This document shows, one piece after another, positions 18,405 to 26,811 of a DNA stretch of 34,961 nucleotides (its first letter is position 1; every line of letters starts with the position of its first letter). This DNA is from Smithella sp. (GTDB lineage Bacteria; Desulfobacterota; Syntrophia; Syntrophales; Smithellaceae): contig JBDKUG010000119.1 of the NCBI GenBank assembly GCA_039679815.1, forward strand, positions 1 to 34,961. Direction: 5' to 3'. The position numbers were made by a program, and so were the translations under genes. The notes below the pieces were generated by a model. That model had not been told where the DNA came from. It saw only the letters and a list, made by a program, of their open reading frames with translations, and did not search any database.

Positions 18405-18435
18405 AAAAAACCCGGCCGTCAAAGCCGGGTTTTTT
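18405..18435 (+). terminator. Rho-independent terminator (bidirectional-looking)
   Basis: AAAAAACCCGGC-CGTCAAA-GCCGGGTTTTTT immediately after the oxidoreductase operon. Confidence 0.85.
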
Positions 18436-18541
18436 ATTCCGGATAAACCAACAGAGAGATTTACTTTAGGGGTACTCAAGGCAATATTCAGGGTTATAAA
18501 CCGGTGCCAGCCGAATAATAGAAACACCTCTCTTTAAATCC

Positions 18542-18570
18542 TTGAAACATCAGAACACTTTTGATACGCT
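18542..18570 (+). promoter_or_regulatory. Putative sigma70 promoter of the aspS-gatC/gatA/gatB operon
   Basis: TTGAAA-17 nt-TACGCT. Confidence 0.45.
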
Positions 18571-18636
18571 TCGCGGCACAAATTTGTTGAAAATACAGGT
18601 TTGTGCTTAATGGTTTGCAAAGAAAGGACTTTTCAC

Positions 18637-20757
18637 ATGAGTTTTTCCCAACGGATCTTTTGCGGACAGGTGACGCCGGATGATGTCGGACGCAGCGTGC
18701 AGCTTTGCGGCTGGGTGGATGCTTACCGGGATCACGGCGGTCTGTTGTTTATTCACCTGCGCGACCGCAGCGGCATCATGCAGATTGTTTTCAGTCCGGA
18801 AATCGCCTCAGCCGATCTGTGCCGGAAGGCTGCCTCTCTTCGCACGGAATATTGCATTTCCATTGTCGGTGATGTCAAAAAACGCCTCGCGGGCACGGAA
18901 AACCCCAACATCGAGACAGGAAATATTGAAGTCATGGTCACCCAATTGACCGTGCTTTCCGAATCCGACGCGCTGCCCTTTGCCGTTTCCGACAAGGCCA
19001 TGGTCGCAGGCTCGTCAACAGCGGGTGCTGACAATGTGGCCGAGGATTTGAGGCTCCAGTACCGATACCTGGACATCCGCCGTCCGCAGATGCGCGACAA
19101 TCTCATGGCCCGTCACCGTATTTTTCAGTGCGTTCGCGAATTTCTCGATTCAAGGGGTTTCGTGGAAATTGAAACGCCGGTCCTGACGGCAAGCACACCG
19201 GAAGGAGCTCGCGATTACCTTGTGCCCAGCCGGGTCCATCCGCAGAATTTTTATGCCCTGCCGCAGTCGCCGCAGCTTTTCAAACAGCTGTTGATGATCG
19301 GCGGAATGGAACGTTATTTCCAGCTGGCGCGCTGCTTCCGCGATGAAGATTTGCGGCCCAACCGGCAGCCGGAGTTTACCCAGCTTGATCTTGAAGCTTC
19401 GTTCATCGACGAAGAATTTCTCTACGAGCTGATTGAAGAACTGACCGTAAAGATGTTCGCGGTTGGCGGCATTGATCTTTCCCGCCCTTTCCCCCGCATG
19501 ACCTATGCGGAGGCAATGAATACGACCGGTTCCGACCGTCCCGACCTGCGCTTCGGTCTGCGCTTTGTCGATGTGACGGATGTGTTTTCAAAAACCAATT
19601 ATTCAATTTTCCGCCAGATCCTTCAGCGTGGCGGGTGCATCAAGGGCATCAACATCAGGGGCCAGTCCGAAAAACTCAGCAAGAACGTCCTGCAGAATGA
19701 ATACGCCAGGGAGATCGTGCCGTCGTTTGGAGCAAGGGGCATGACCTGGATGCGCGCCGAAGGCGGTAAACTGGAATCCAATATTGTACAGTTTTTCAGT
19801 AGTGAGGAGCTGGAAGCGCTGTGGAAAAAATTCAATGTGGCCGACGGGGATGTTCTGATTATGATTGCCGACTCCTCATACAGCGTCGTTACGTCCGCAC
19901 TTGGTCAGCTACGTCTGCATCTGGCGAATCGCCTGGAGCTCATTGACGAAAACTGTTTTTATCCGGTCTGGATCACGGAATTTCCGCTGTTTGAACCTAC
20001 GGATGAGGGGGGTGTTACCTCCAGCCACCATCCGTTTACCGCGCCGGATCGTGTTGATTTTGATCCGAAAAATATTGAAGAGTTGCTCTCGCTTCATTCT
20101 CTCGCTTACGATCTGGTGATGAACGGCGAGGAGCTGGGAGGCGGAAGTATCCGCATCAACAACCGCGATGTTCAGCGTAAAATATTTGCCGCGCTGGGGC
20201 TCAATGAAGAAGAAATGAGGGAAAAATTCGGATTTTTCCTGCGGGCTTTTGATTTTGGCGCGCCGCCGCACGGCGGTCTCGCCCTCGGGATGGACCGCAC
20301 GGTGTCGATGATCCTGCGGACCCCATCTATCCGGGACGTCATTGCCTTTCCCAAAAACCGCAGCGCAAGCTGTCCCCTGACCGGTGCGCCCTCCGCGGTG
20401 AAGCGCGGACAACTGGCCGAACTGGGGCTTTTAAATCTGGGCGGTCAGGATGTCCTGCCCGGAACCGCCGAAAAGGAAAACAAGGTCGATCATTTGTCCT
20501 GGGTCTCGCGCATCGGTATTGCCGCCCATGAACGCCCCGTTATCGAAGAAATTATTGCCGAGGCGGAGGAACTGGCTTTGATCGCCTTCCAGAAGGCAGG
20601 CAAAGAAGAACCGATGTTTACCGTCGCCCCTGTTTCAAACCGCACACGGCCCGGTACAGAAGAAAAACGATCGGCGCTTGCGCAAAAAGGTCAGCTGCTC
20701 AAAAGCGCGCCTTCGGTAAAGGGGAATTACTTTAAAGTCGCCAGCATTCTGGAATAA
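18637..20757 (+). CDS. aspS: Non-discriminating aspartyl-tRNA(Asp/Asn) synthetase with C-terminal GatC-like fusion
   Basis: RDHGG (His typical of non-discriminating enzymes), LPQSPQLFKQLLM, FRDEDLRPNRQPEFTQLDLE and PPHGGLALGMDR motifs, plus an extra ~95-aa GatC-like tail. ATG 18637 has an AGGA SD. Confidence 0.93.
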   Translation: MSFSQRIFCGQVTPDDVGRSVQLCGWVDAYRDHGGLLFIHLRDRSGIMQIVFSPEIASADLCRKAASLRTEYCISIVGDVKKRLAGTENPNIETGNIEVMVTQLTVLSESDALPFAVSDKAMVAGSSTAGADNVAEDLRLQYRYLDIRRPQMRDNLMARHRIFQCVREFLDSRGFVEIETPVLTASTPEGARDYLVPSRVHPQNFYALPQSPQLFKQLLMIGGMERYFQLARCFRDEDLRPNRQPEFTQLDLEASFIDEEFLYELIEELTVKMFAVGGIDLSRPFPRMTYAEAMNTTGSDRPDLRFGLRFVDVTDVFSKTNYSIFRQILQRGGCIKGINIRGQSEKLSKNVLQNEYAREIVPSFGARGMTWMRAEGGKLESNIVQFFSSEELEALWKKFNVADGDVLIMIADSSYSVVTSALGQLRLHLANRLELIDENCFYPVWITEFPLFEPTDEGGVTSSHHPFTAPDRVDFDPKNIEELLSLHSLAYDLVMNGEELGGGSIRINNRDVQRKIFAALGLNEEEMREKFGFFLRAFDFGAPPHGGLALGMDRTVSMILRTPSIRDVIAFPKNRSASCPLTGAPSAVKRGQLAELGLLNLGGQDVLPGTAEKENKVDHLSWVSRIGIAAHERPVIEEIIAEAEELALIAFQKAGKEEPMFTVAPVSNRTRPGTEEKRSALAQKGQLLKSAPSVKGNYFKVASILE

Positions 20758-20772
20758 CAGGGAGACAGTTCT

Positions 20773-21972
20773 ATGGATTCTATTTTTGTTTATCTCAATC
20801 CCGAAACAGCGTCCGAAGGGAGCGGTCCTCTGCAGGGTTTGAAAATTGCGATTCAGCCCAACATATCCGCATCAGGCTGGCCAACGGACGCCGGCTCCAA
20901 CGCCCTCATCAATTTTAAAGCGCTCGAAGACGCAACGCTGGTGAACAGGCTCCGTGAGGGGGGAGCCGTGATTCAAGGTTTAACCCACATGAGTGAATTC
21001 GGTTTTGGTCTAGCGGGAAGCAGAGCCGGGGATGCCGTCAGGCGCGGCGCCGTGGATGCTGAACTGGTTTTAGACCTGATGGGGGAAAGCCGCCTGGCTG
21101 CCCAGCGCACCTCCGTTTGCGGTTTCAAGCCCAGCTACGGTCTGATATCCCGCTATGGTCTCATCGGTCTGATTCCATCGATGGAATGCTGTGGCGTTCT
21201 TTCCCGCAGTCTGAAAAATATCCGGGAGGTGGTGAAGATCATAGCCGGTCCGGATGAAAGGGATTTTGCGCTTCCCGATGAAAAGCCGCTGGACTTTTCC
21301 CCGCAAAAAATGAATCCGGAAAAAACAACCGTTGGTGTGATCACCGAAACGAAAAGCGGACTGCAAGGTGATCAGGAAGGCGCTTTTCATGCCGCTATCG
21401 ATGAGCTGAAAGAAACGGGTTTCCGCATCAAAGAAATGTCTTTTCCCGATTTTTCTCTTTTTTCACTGGTCCATAAAATCGTGGGTTCCGTCGAGGCGTC
21501 CTCCTGCGCCGGGCGCTACGATTCGGTACGCTATGGTCATCGTGTGCTGGGCGCAAAAAACTGGAACGAAATGTACCTGTCCTCGCGCGAAGAGTCCTTT
21601 GGCCTGCTTGTGAAAAGCTATCTGTTTCAGGGCGCGTTTTTCCAGTTTCAGCGCTACGACGCCTATGAAGACGCCTGCCGTATCCGCGCGAGGCTGCACG
21701 CGGATATGCAGAAAACCATTTCGAAGGTGGATTTCCTGGTTCTCCCGGCTGCAAACGAAGTTCCAACAAACACAACGGCTTCGCTTGCCGGCACATACGA
21801 ACAATTTTCCCCGACGGTTTTTGCCAATGTGACCGGCCAGCCCGCGCTGTACCTGCCGCCTGAGTCCGGCCAGGAGCGATTCGGGTTTCAGCTTTCCGGG
21901 CCGAGGCTCAGCGACGCGCGGCTTTTCGCGCTGGGCGAGCATCTTCTGAATCTGCGCCAGGGAGGTAAATAG
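20773..21972 (+). CDS. gatA: Divergent, truncated GatA (amidase fold), catalytic residues apparently lost
   Basis: GFKPSYGLISRYGL, EASSCAGRYDSVRYG and FANVTGQPA match GatA. The amidase signature is degenerate. Located between aspS-gatC and gatB. Confidence 0.82.
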   Translation: MDSIFVYLNPETASEGSGPLQGLKIAIQPNISASGWPTDAGSNALINFKALEDATLVNRLREGGAVIQGLTHMSEFGFGLAGSRAGDAVRRGAVDAELVLDLMGESRLAAQRTSVCGFKPSYGLISRYGLIGLIPSMECCGVLSRSLKNIREVVKIIAGPDERDFALPDEKPLDFSPQKMNPEKTTVGVITETKSGLQGDQEGAFHAAIDELKETGFRIKEMSFPDFSLFSLVHKIVGSVEASSCAGRYDSVRYGHRVLGAKNWNEMYLSSREESFGLLVKSYLFQGAFFQFQRYDAYEDACRIRARLHADMQKTISKVDFLVLPAANEVPTNTTASLAGTYEQFSPTVFANVTGQPALYLPPESGQERFGFQLSGPRLSDARLFALGEHLLNLRQGGK

Positions 21973-21974
21973 TG

Positions 21975-23408
21975 ATGGAATTTGAAGCGGTCATCGGACT
22001 GGAAATCCATGTTGAACTCAATTGCAAAACAAAATTATTCTGCGATTGCCCCAATAATCCCGGCGACGAACCGAACATCAACACCTGTCCTGTCTGCCTG
22101 TGGTTCCCGGGCGCCGTCCCCCGCTTGAGCCAGGAGGCGTTGGAAAAGGCAGCGATTTTATGCCTGGCACTGGGCGCCGAGCTCCAGCCAAAAAGCGCTT
22201 TTGACCAGAAGGTCTATTATTATCCGGATCTGCCGAAAGGCTACCAGTTGTCCCAGGCCCATCTTCCGCTTTCCCGGGGCGGCGGCATTGATATTACGGA
22301 CGAAGACGGCACAACGAAAAGACTGCGCATTCATCACATCCACATGGAGGAAGATGTCGCCAAGCTGGTGCATGAAATGGAGGGGCGTGTGCCGATCAGT
22401 CTGGTGGATTTCAACCGTGCCGGCTCGCCGCTGGTGGAAATTGTCACAGAGCCGGATTTTCGCACGCCATATCAGGCAATGGAATTTTTAAAGGCGCTGC
22501 GGACACAGGTTCGCTACGCGGGCTCCTCCGAGTGCAGCATGGAAAATGGCACCATGCGCGTCGATGCCAATATTTCCATTCGTCCGAAAGGCACCGGACA
22601 GATGAATACCAAGGTGGAAGTTAAAAACATGAATTCTGTCCGTCATGTGGGCGATGCCATTGCGCATGAAATCACCCGCCAGAGCGCATGTGTCCAGGCG
22701 AATGAAGCCGTGGTACTGCATACCCGTTTGTGGGACCCGGATAAAAAAGTCACCCTGCCGATGCGGGCCAAGTTTGAAGGCCCGTGCGTTCCCGATCCGA
22801 CGGTGCCGGCAATCGAGTTGTCGGCGCAGGAGATCGAACTTCTGCGCTCGCGGCTTCCGGAAATGCCCGCCGCAAGGGCCAAGCGCTTTGTTTTACAGCA
22901 TGGCCTGACCGGTGAAGAAGCAGCCTTTTTGAGCACCGATCCTGAGGTTGCGGGTTATTTTGAAGCGCTACTTACAGAAGGGATCGCGCCCCGCACCGCC
23001 ATGCACTGGCTTACCACGCAGCTTATTCCGGCTGTCAGGGACCGCGGCCAGGAACTGGGCACAACGCCTGTGACCCCGGCCCGCTTCGCCGTGCTGCTGA
23101 AAATGCTGTCCAATGACGAAATCAACGCCAACGCAGCCCGCGAAGTGCTGTTCCATCTGTTTGACTCTGACCAAGCGCCGGAATCCATTGTACATGCTAA
23201 GGGTTTTAAGCAGGTTTCCGACCGCGCTGAACTTGATTCGCTTATCGACAGGGTTTTGGGTGAACAGCCGTCGGCAGTCAATGATTTCCGTGCCGGCCAA
23301 AGCAAAGCCATGGGCTTTCTGATCGGCCAGGTCATGCAGGCCTCCGGCGGGAAAGCCAATCCGAAAATCATCCGTGAACTGCTGGCAAAAAAACTGGGAA
23401 AGATTTAA
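21975..23408 (+). CDS. gatB: Asp-tRNA(Asn)/Glu-tRNA(Gln) amidotransferase subunit B
   Basis: VIGLEIHVEL..KTKLFC, YPDLPKGYQ, HMEED, DFNRAG.PLVEIVTEPD and VEVKNMNS motifs, plus a YqeY-like tail. Start is ATG 21975 or GTG 21972. Confidence 0.94.
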   Translation: MEFEAVIGLEIHVELNCKTKLFCDCPNNPGDEPNINTCPVCLWFPGAVPRLSQEALEKAAILCLALGAELQPKSAFDQKVYYYPDLPKGYQLSQAHLPLSRGGGIDITDEDGTTKRLRIHHIHMEEDVAKLVHEMEGRVPISLVDFNRAGSPLVEIVTEPDFRTPYQAMEFLKALRTQVRYAGSSECSMENGTMRVDANISIRPKGTGQMNTKVEVKNMNSVRHVGDAIAHEITRQSACVQANEAVVLHTRLWDPDKKVTLPMRAKFEGPCVPDPTVPAIELSAQEIELLRSRLPEMPAARAKRFVLQHGLTGEEAAFLSTDPEVAGYFEALLTEGIAPRTAMHWLTTQLIPAVRDRGQELGTTPVTPARFAVLLKMLSNDEINANAAREVLFHLFDSDQAPESIVHAKGFKQVSDRAELDSLIDRVLGEQPSAVNDFRAGQSKAMGFLIGQVMQASGGKANPKIIRELLAKKLGKI

Positions 23409-23751
23409 CGGACGCAATTTGATTAAGCGCCCGTACCTGACATGATCTGTCCCGATCTATACTTGAAAGACCGTGTTCTATAAAATTTTTTTCAGCAACC
23501 ATTTCACAAACAAATGATTTTAAAAATTCTTGACGTTGTGAATTACGACTTGAAAGGTGACTCGGATTTTTTATCACAGGAATACTTTTGTAGTTGTGAT
23601 AATGACTGATAGAAGATGTTATTGACATGCTGCAAAATGGTGTTTATTAAAATTGTTAATGGATTCCATTTTTTCGAAAACCTTGGCCGGTCCTCCGGAG
23701 TTCGGTAAGGTGCCAATGCTGTTTCTACGGGAATTGAAAGGGGCTTTCTTC

Positions 23752-25128
23752 TCAGCTGTGGAGATATTGACCGATCATTTCTTTTGGAATGGTTAAGGGT
23801 AAATCACTGTTTCTAGTAAAGGGCTTTCTGTTTTCCATGACCCACTCTATCAAATTTACTGAAGTGGTCGCCCCATCTGATTTCATGAGCTTGCTGCTCA
23901 CATCCTTGAGCCGCAGCTTTACTTCAGTGTTGTTCCTAAGCCTCTCGATCGTGCTGCAGAGAGTTTCATTGTCCAGCGAATCCATGTCAATCCTGCATCC
24001 CAGCCCAAAGAACTCTATCCGGGATGCATTATCATGCTGTTCACCTCCTACCGGGAGGACAACGACCGGCTTGCCGTAATAGAGCGTTTCATTCAACGTG
24101 TTGTTTCCGCCATGACTAACCACAAGATCGACTCGTTTCAGTAACTCAGCTTGGGGTACGGACTGAAAAATCATGACATTAAAGTTATGACTCTTTCTGG
24201 AAACTGTTTCATAAGCTCCTCCGGCACTCACGATAATTTGGTAGTCCGGATTCTCATGCAAGGCTCTTATAATCTTGAGATAGGTCTTCGGCTTGTCGTT
24301 GAATACAGTGCCGAGCGAGACATAGATCTTGTACTTGTCATCTCTCAAGTCGCAGTAAGGGAAGGAGGATATGTTCATTCCCATGTTCATAAATGTGGGG
24401 CCTACATAAACCGTGTGGAGGCCGAGGCCGTGGCGCGGTATGTCTATGGCCTCATGGGTTATCAAGAGATTGAGCCATGGTGAATGAGGCGTCTTCAGCA
24501 TATCAAAGGCGATGGGCTTGAGTGAGAAAGCCTGTCTGGCCCTGTTGACAGAAGTCTTAAGCCTATCGGAGAGCTCCTGTTCCTTTTCTCTGAATATTCT
24601 CTTAAGGGGTGTGTCCCGATGGGAAGCCGGAAGACCACTGCCGAATGGAGGGGCGTCTCTCCCTGAAAATGGGAGCCCGCAGTGGTAAATTGCAGCATAA
24701 GGCAATGCATTCAATTCCGCCACTAGTGGTGCGGCATAGAAAAAGAAATCGGCCACTATCATATCAGGCCTGAGTTTCTTAACAAGTCTGTTTACACGCC
24801 TTGTTAAGTTTTCAATCCCGGAGCTAAAGAGTCGTAGTGCAGTCCTGGTTTCCTCAAACCCCACTTTCGATGGTAGCAGCGCTGCAAGATAGATGTACGG
24901 CAGAGGCGGGAAAAGCAGGTGAATTGGGATGTCGTGCGAACGGATCTTGTCAGGGACAATTTTTCCGTTATATAGTACCTTGAACATCTTGATCCTCGGG
25001 TCCGCAAGGTTTGACCCGGGAACGATGAAATGAACATCATGTCCATTTTCCCTCATTTTCAGGGCTATTGTTAGAAGGCTGTTCAGATGTCCTACGGTCG
25101 GATGTGTGAGAAATATGACTCTACTCAT
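23752..25128 (-). CDS. GT1/MGT family UDP-glycosyltransferase
   Basis: N-terminal PTVGHLN, YVSLGTVF and PSPG-like VPQAELLKRVDLVVSHGGNNTLNETLYYGKPVVVLPVGGEQ. Confidence 0.9.
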   Translation of the reverse strand: MSRVIFLTHPTVGHLNSLLTIALKMRENGHDVHFIVPGSNLADPRIKMFKVLYNGKIVPDKIRSHDIPIHLLFPPLPYIYLAALLPSKVGFEETRTALRLFSSGIENLTRRVNRLVKKLRPDMIVADFFFYAAPLVAELNALPYAAIYHCGLPFSGRDAPPFGSGLPASHRDTPLKRIFREKEQELSDRLKTSVNRARQAFSLKPIAFDMLKTPHSPWLNLLITHEAIDIPRHGLGLHTVYVGPTFMNMGMNISSFPYCDLRDDKYKIYVSLGTVFNDKPKTYLKIIRALHENPDYQIIVSAGGAYETVSRKSHNFNVMIFQSVPQAELLKRVDLVVSHGGNNTLNETLYYGKPVVVLPVGGEQHDNASRIEFFGLGCRIDMDSLDNETLCSTIERLRNNTEVKLRLKDVSSKLMKSDGATTSVNLIEWVMENRKPFTRNSDLPLTIPKEMIGQYLHS

Positions 25129-25134
25129 AGGTGA

Positions 25135-25163
25135 AGTATAAGAAGTCCGATCCTGTATGTCAA
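25135..25163 (-). promoter_or_regulatory. Near-consensus sigma70 promoter, probably giving a leaderless mRNA
   Basis: Minus strand TTGACA-17 nt-TATACT, then only 6 nt to the ATG at 25128. Confidence 0.65.
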
Positions 25164-25411
25164 GAATATCTAACAGAATATCCTGACCGCAAAATTTGGA
25201 TTATATGAATTAAAAATAACACGGCAAGGTAATCGCTATCAAATGAAATATTTGATAACTTCCATTATTATCCTGTTATTGACTTCAGGAAGCCATGCGT
25301 AACAAAGTCATGATGCGAGAGTGTCTTTACTCGTGCTCTCAATAAAACTCCACCTGAAAACACACTTATGACCAGATGATCCTGTTTTCTTTCCATAATC
25401 GTATATGCACA

Positions 25412-26656
25412 TCAGGCGGAAAGATTCTTGTCATCCAGCATCTGGACCTGATTTCTGCCCAGATCTTTGGCTCTGTAAAGAGCCTTGTCGGCCAGTTCGA
25501 CCAGCCGCTGCGGAGGCAGAATCTTTTGCGGCATCATGGTGGCAACCCCGACGCTGACCGTCACATAAGGACCGACACGGGAATGCTGATGATGAATATT
25601 TTCCAGCTCGATGTTGTTTCGGAGTTTTTCCGCTATCTGCAGGGCGCTTTTCTTGTCCGTATTGGGAAGGAGAACGACAAATTCTTCTCCTCCGTACCGT
25701 GCACACAGATCACGGGGACGTTGGATGCATCTTTTCAGTACCTCCGATATCTTCCCCAGGCAGACATCCCCCGCCTGATGGCCATAGTGATCATTGTAGG
25801 ATTTGAAGTCGTCTACATCTATAAAAAGCAGGGACAGCGGAGTGCGGTACTGGGCGCCCATTCGCCACTCCGTATCCAGGAAAGTGTCGAAGTTCCGCCG
25901 GTTGGCCAGTCCCGTCAGAACATCCAGCGAAGAAATGAGTTCAAGTTCCGTCTTGGCTTTTTCGAGGCGTATCGTTTCAATCTCCTTCGAAAGATTGCGA
26001 AGGTAATTCCACCGCAGGGCGCTTTCGATCTGATAATTGGCGATCAGGCTGATAATGATGGCGGAAAACAACACGACACTGCTGTTGATCATGACCGGCG
26101 GCTGCATGGAGGTGATTCCGGGTACAGTCAGGACGTAAAGAGCGAAGATGAGCGAGGAAACGGCTAAAGCGTGCCAGAATCGGAGACGAACAACAATATT
26201 GCCGAACATAATGATCAGGATAATACCGGTGTGGTAATGGACAACATTGGGATGATGGCTGAAATACAGAATCATAATGATGCTCGAAGCGCTCAGAACA
26301 ATGAGAAAATCGGCCATGAAATCAACGTAACGGATCAAAACGCGATAATGGAGCAGGGCCAGAATGATGACCATACAGGGGGTAACGATCCCCAGCCTGA
26401 TTTCCCAGGCTGTTTGGTAGATGTCCGGAAGCATCTCCCGGTCGGTAAAGAGAAACAGGTTGTACATGAAAATGGCAATGATGGTCATGACGAAAAAAAA
26501 TTTCCTGCGGGCATCCAGATTATAGGTGAGAAAGTGACGCTCGAGGTTGCGGGTAAACACCAGAAAAGGAAATCCGTCTTTCAAGGATTTCTGTATAGCT
26601 GTTTCAAGATAAAGGATGTGATCTCGACTGTTGTCAATTGAGGCCTGATCAGTCAT
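25412..26656 (-). CDS. Membrane-bound diguanylate cyclase (GGDEF)
   Basis: About 6 TM helices, then DVLTGLANRR, IDVDDFKSYNDHYGHQAGD, an RxxD I-site (RPRD) and YGGEEF. The start is placed downstream of the promoter at 26691-26719. Confidence 0.9.
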   Translation of the reverse strand: MTDQASIDNSRDHILYLETAIQKSLKDGFPFLVFTRNLERHFLTYNLDARRKFFFVMTIIAIFMYNLFLFTDREMLPDIYQTAWEIRLGIVTPCMVIILALLHYRVLIRYVDFMADFLIVLSASSIIMILYFSHHPNVVHYHTGIILIIMFGNIVVRLRFWHALAVSSLIFALYVLTVPGITSMQPPVMINSSVVLFSAIIISLIANYQIESALRWNYLRNLSKEIETIRLEKAKTELELISSLDVLTGLANRRNFDTFLDTEWRMGAQYRTPLSLLFIDVDDFKSYNDHYGHQAGDVCLGKISEVLKRCIQRPRDLCARYGGEEFVVLLPNTDKKSALQIAEKLRNNIELENIHHQHSRVGPYVTVSVGVATMMPQKILPPQRLVELADKALYRAKDLGRNQVQMLDDKNLSA

Positions 26657-26690
26657 GGTCTTCTTTGTGGAAATTCCTTTTATTTTCGTA

Positions 26691-26719
26691 ACTATAGAAA
26701 CAGAGCATTGCCGAGTCAA
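26691..26719 (-). promoter_or_regulatory. Putative sigma70 promoter for the diguanylate cyclase
   Basis: Minus strand TTGACT-17 nt-TATAGT. Confidence 0.55.
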
Positions 26720-26811
26720 GGGGTTTTTCAAAAAGGCGATATTCTCCGTTCGTGATCATCCATATCCTTATCTGCCTTCTGTATTCAAGTGGATCAACGT
26801 TGAATCCCGTT

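Noticed and set aside
18386-18435. TGA followed by a hairpin as a possible selenocysteine/SECIS read-through
   Set aside because: The hairpin is a typical A-tract/U-tract terminator, and no catalytic domain follows in frame.
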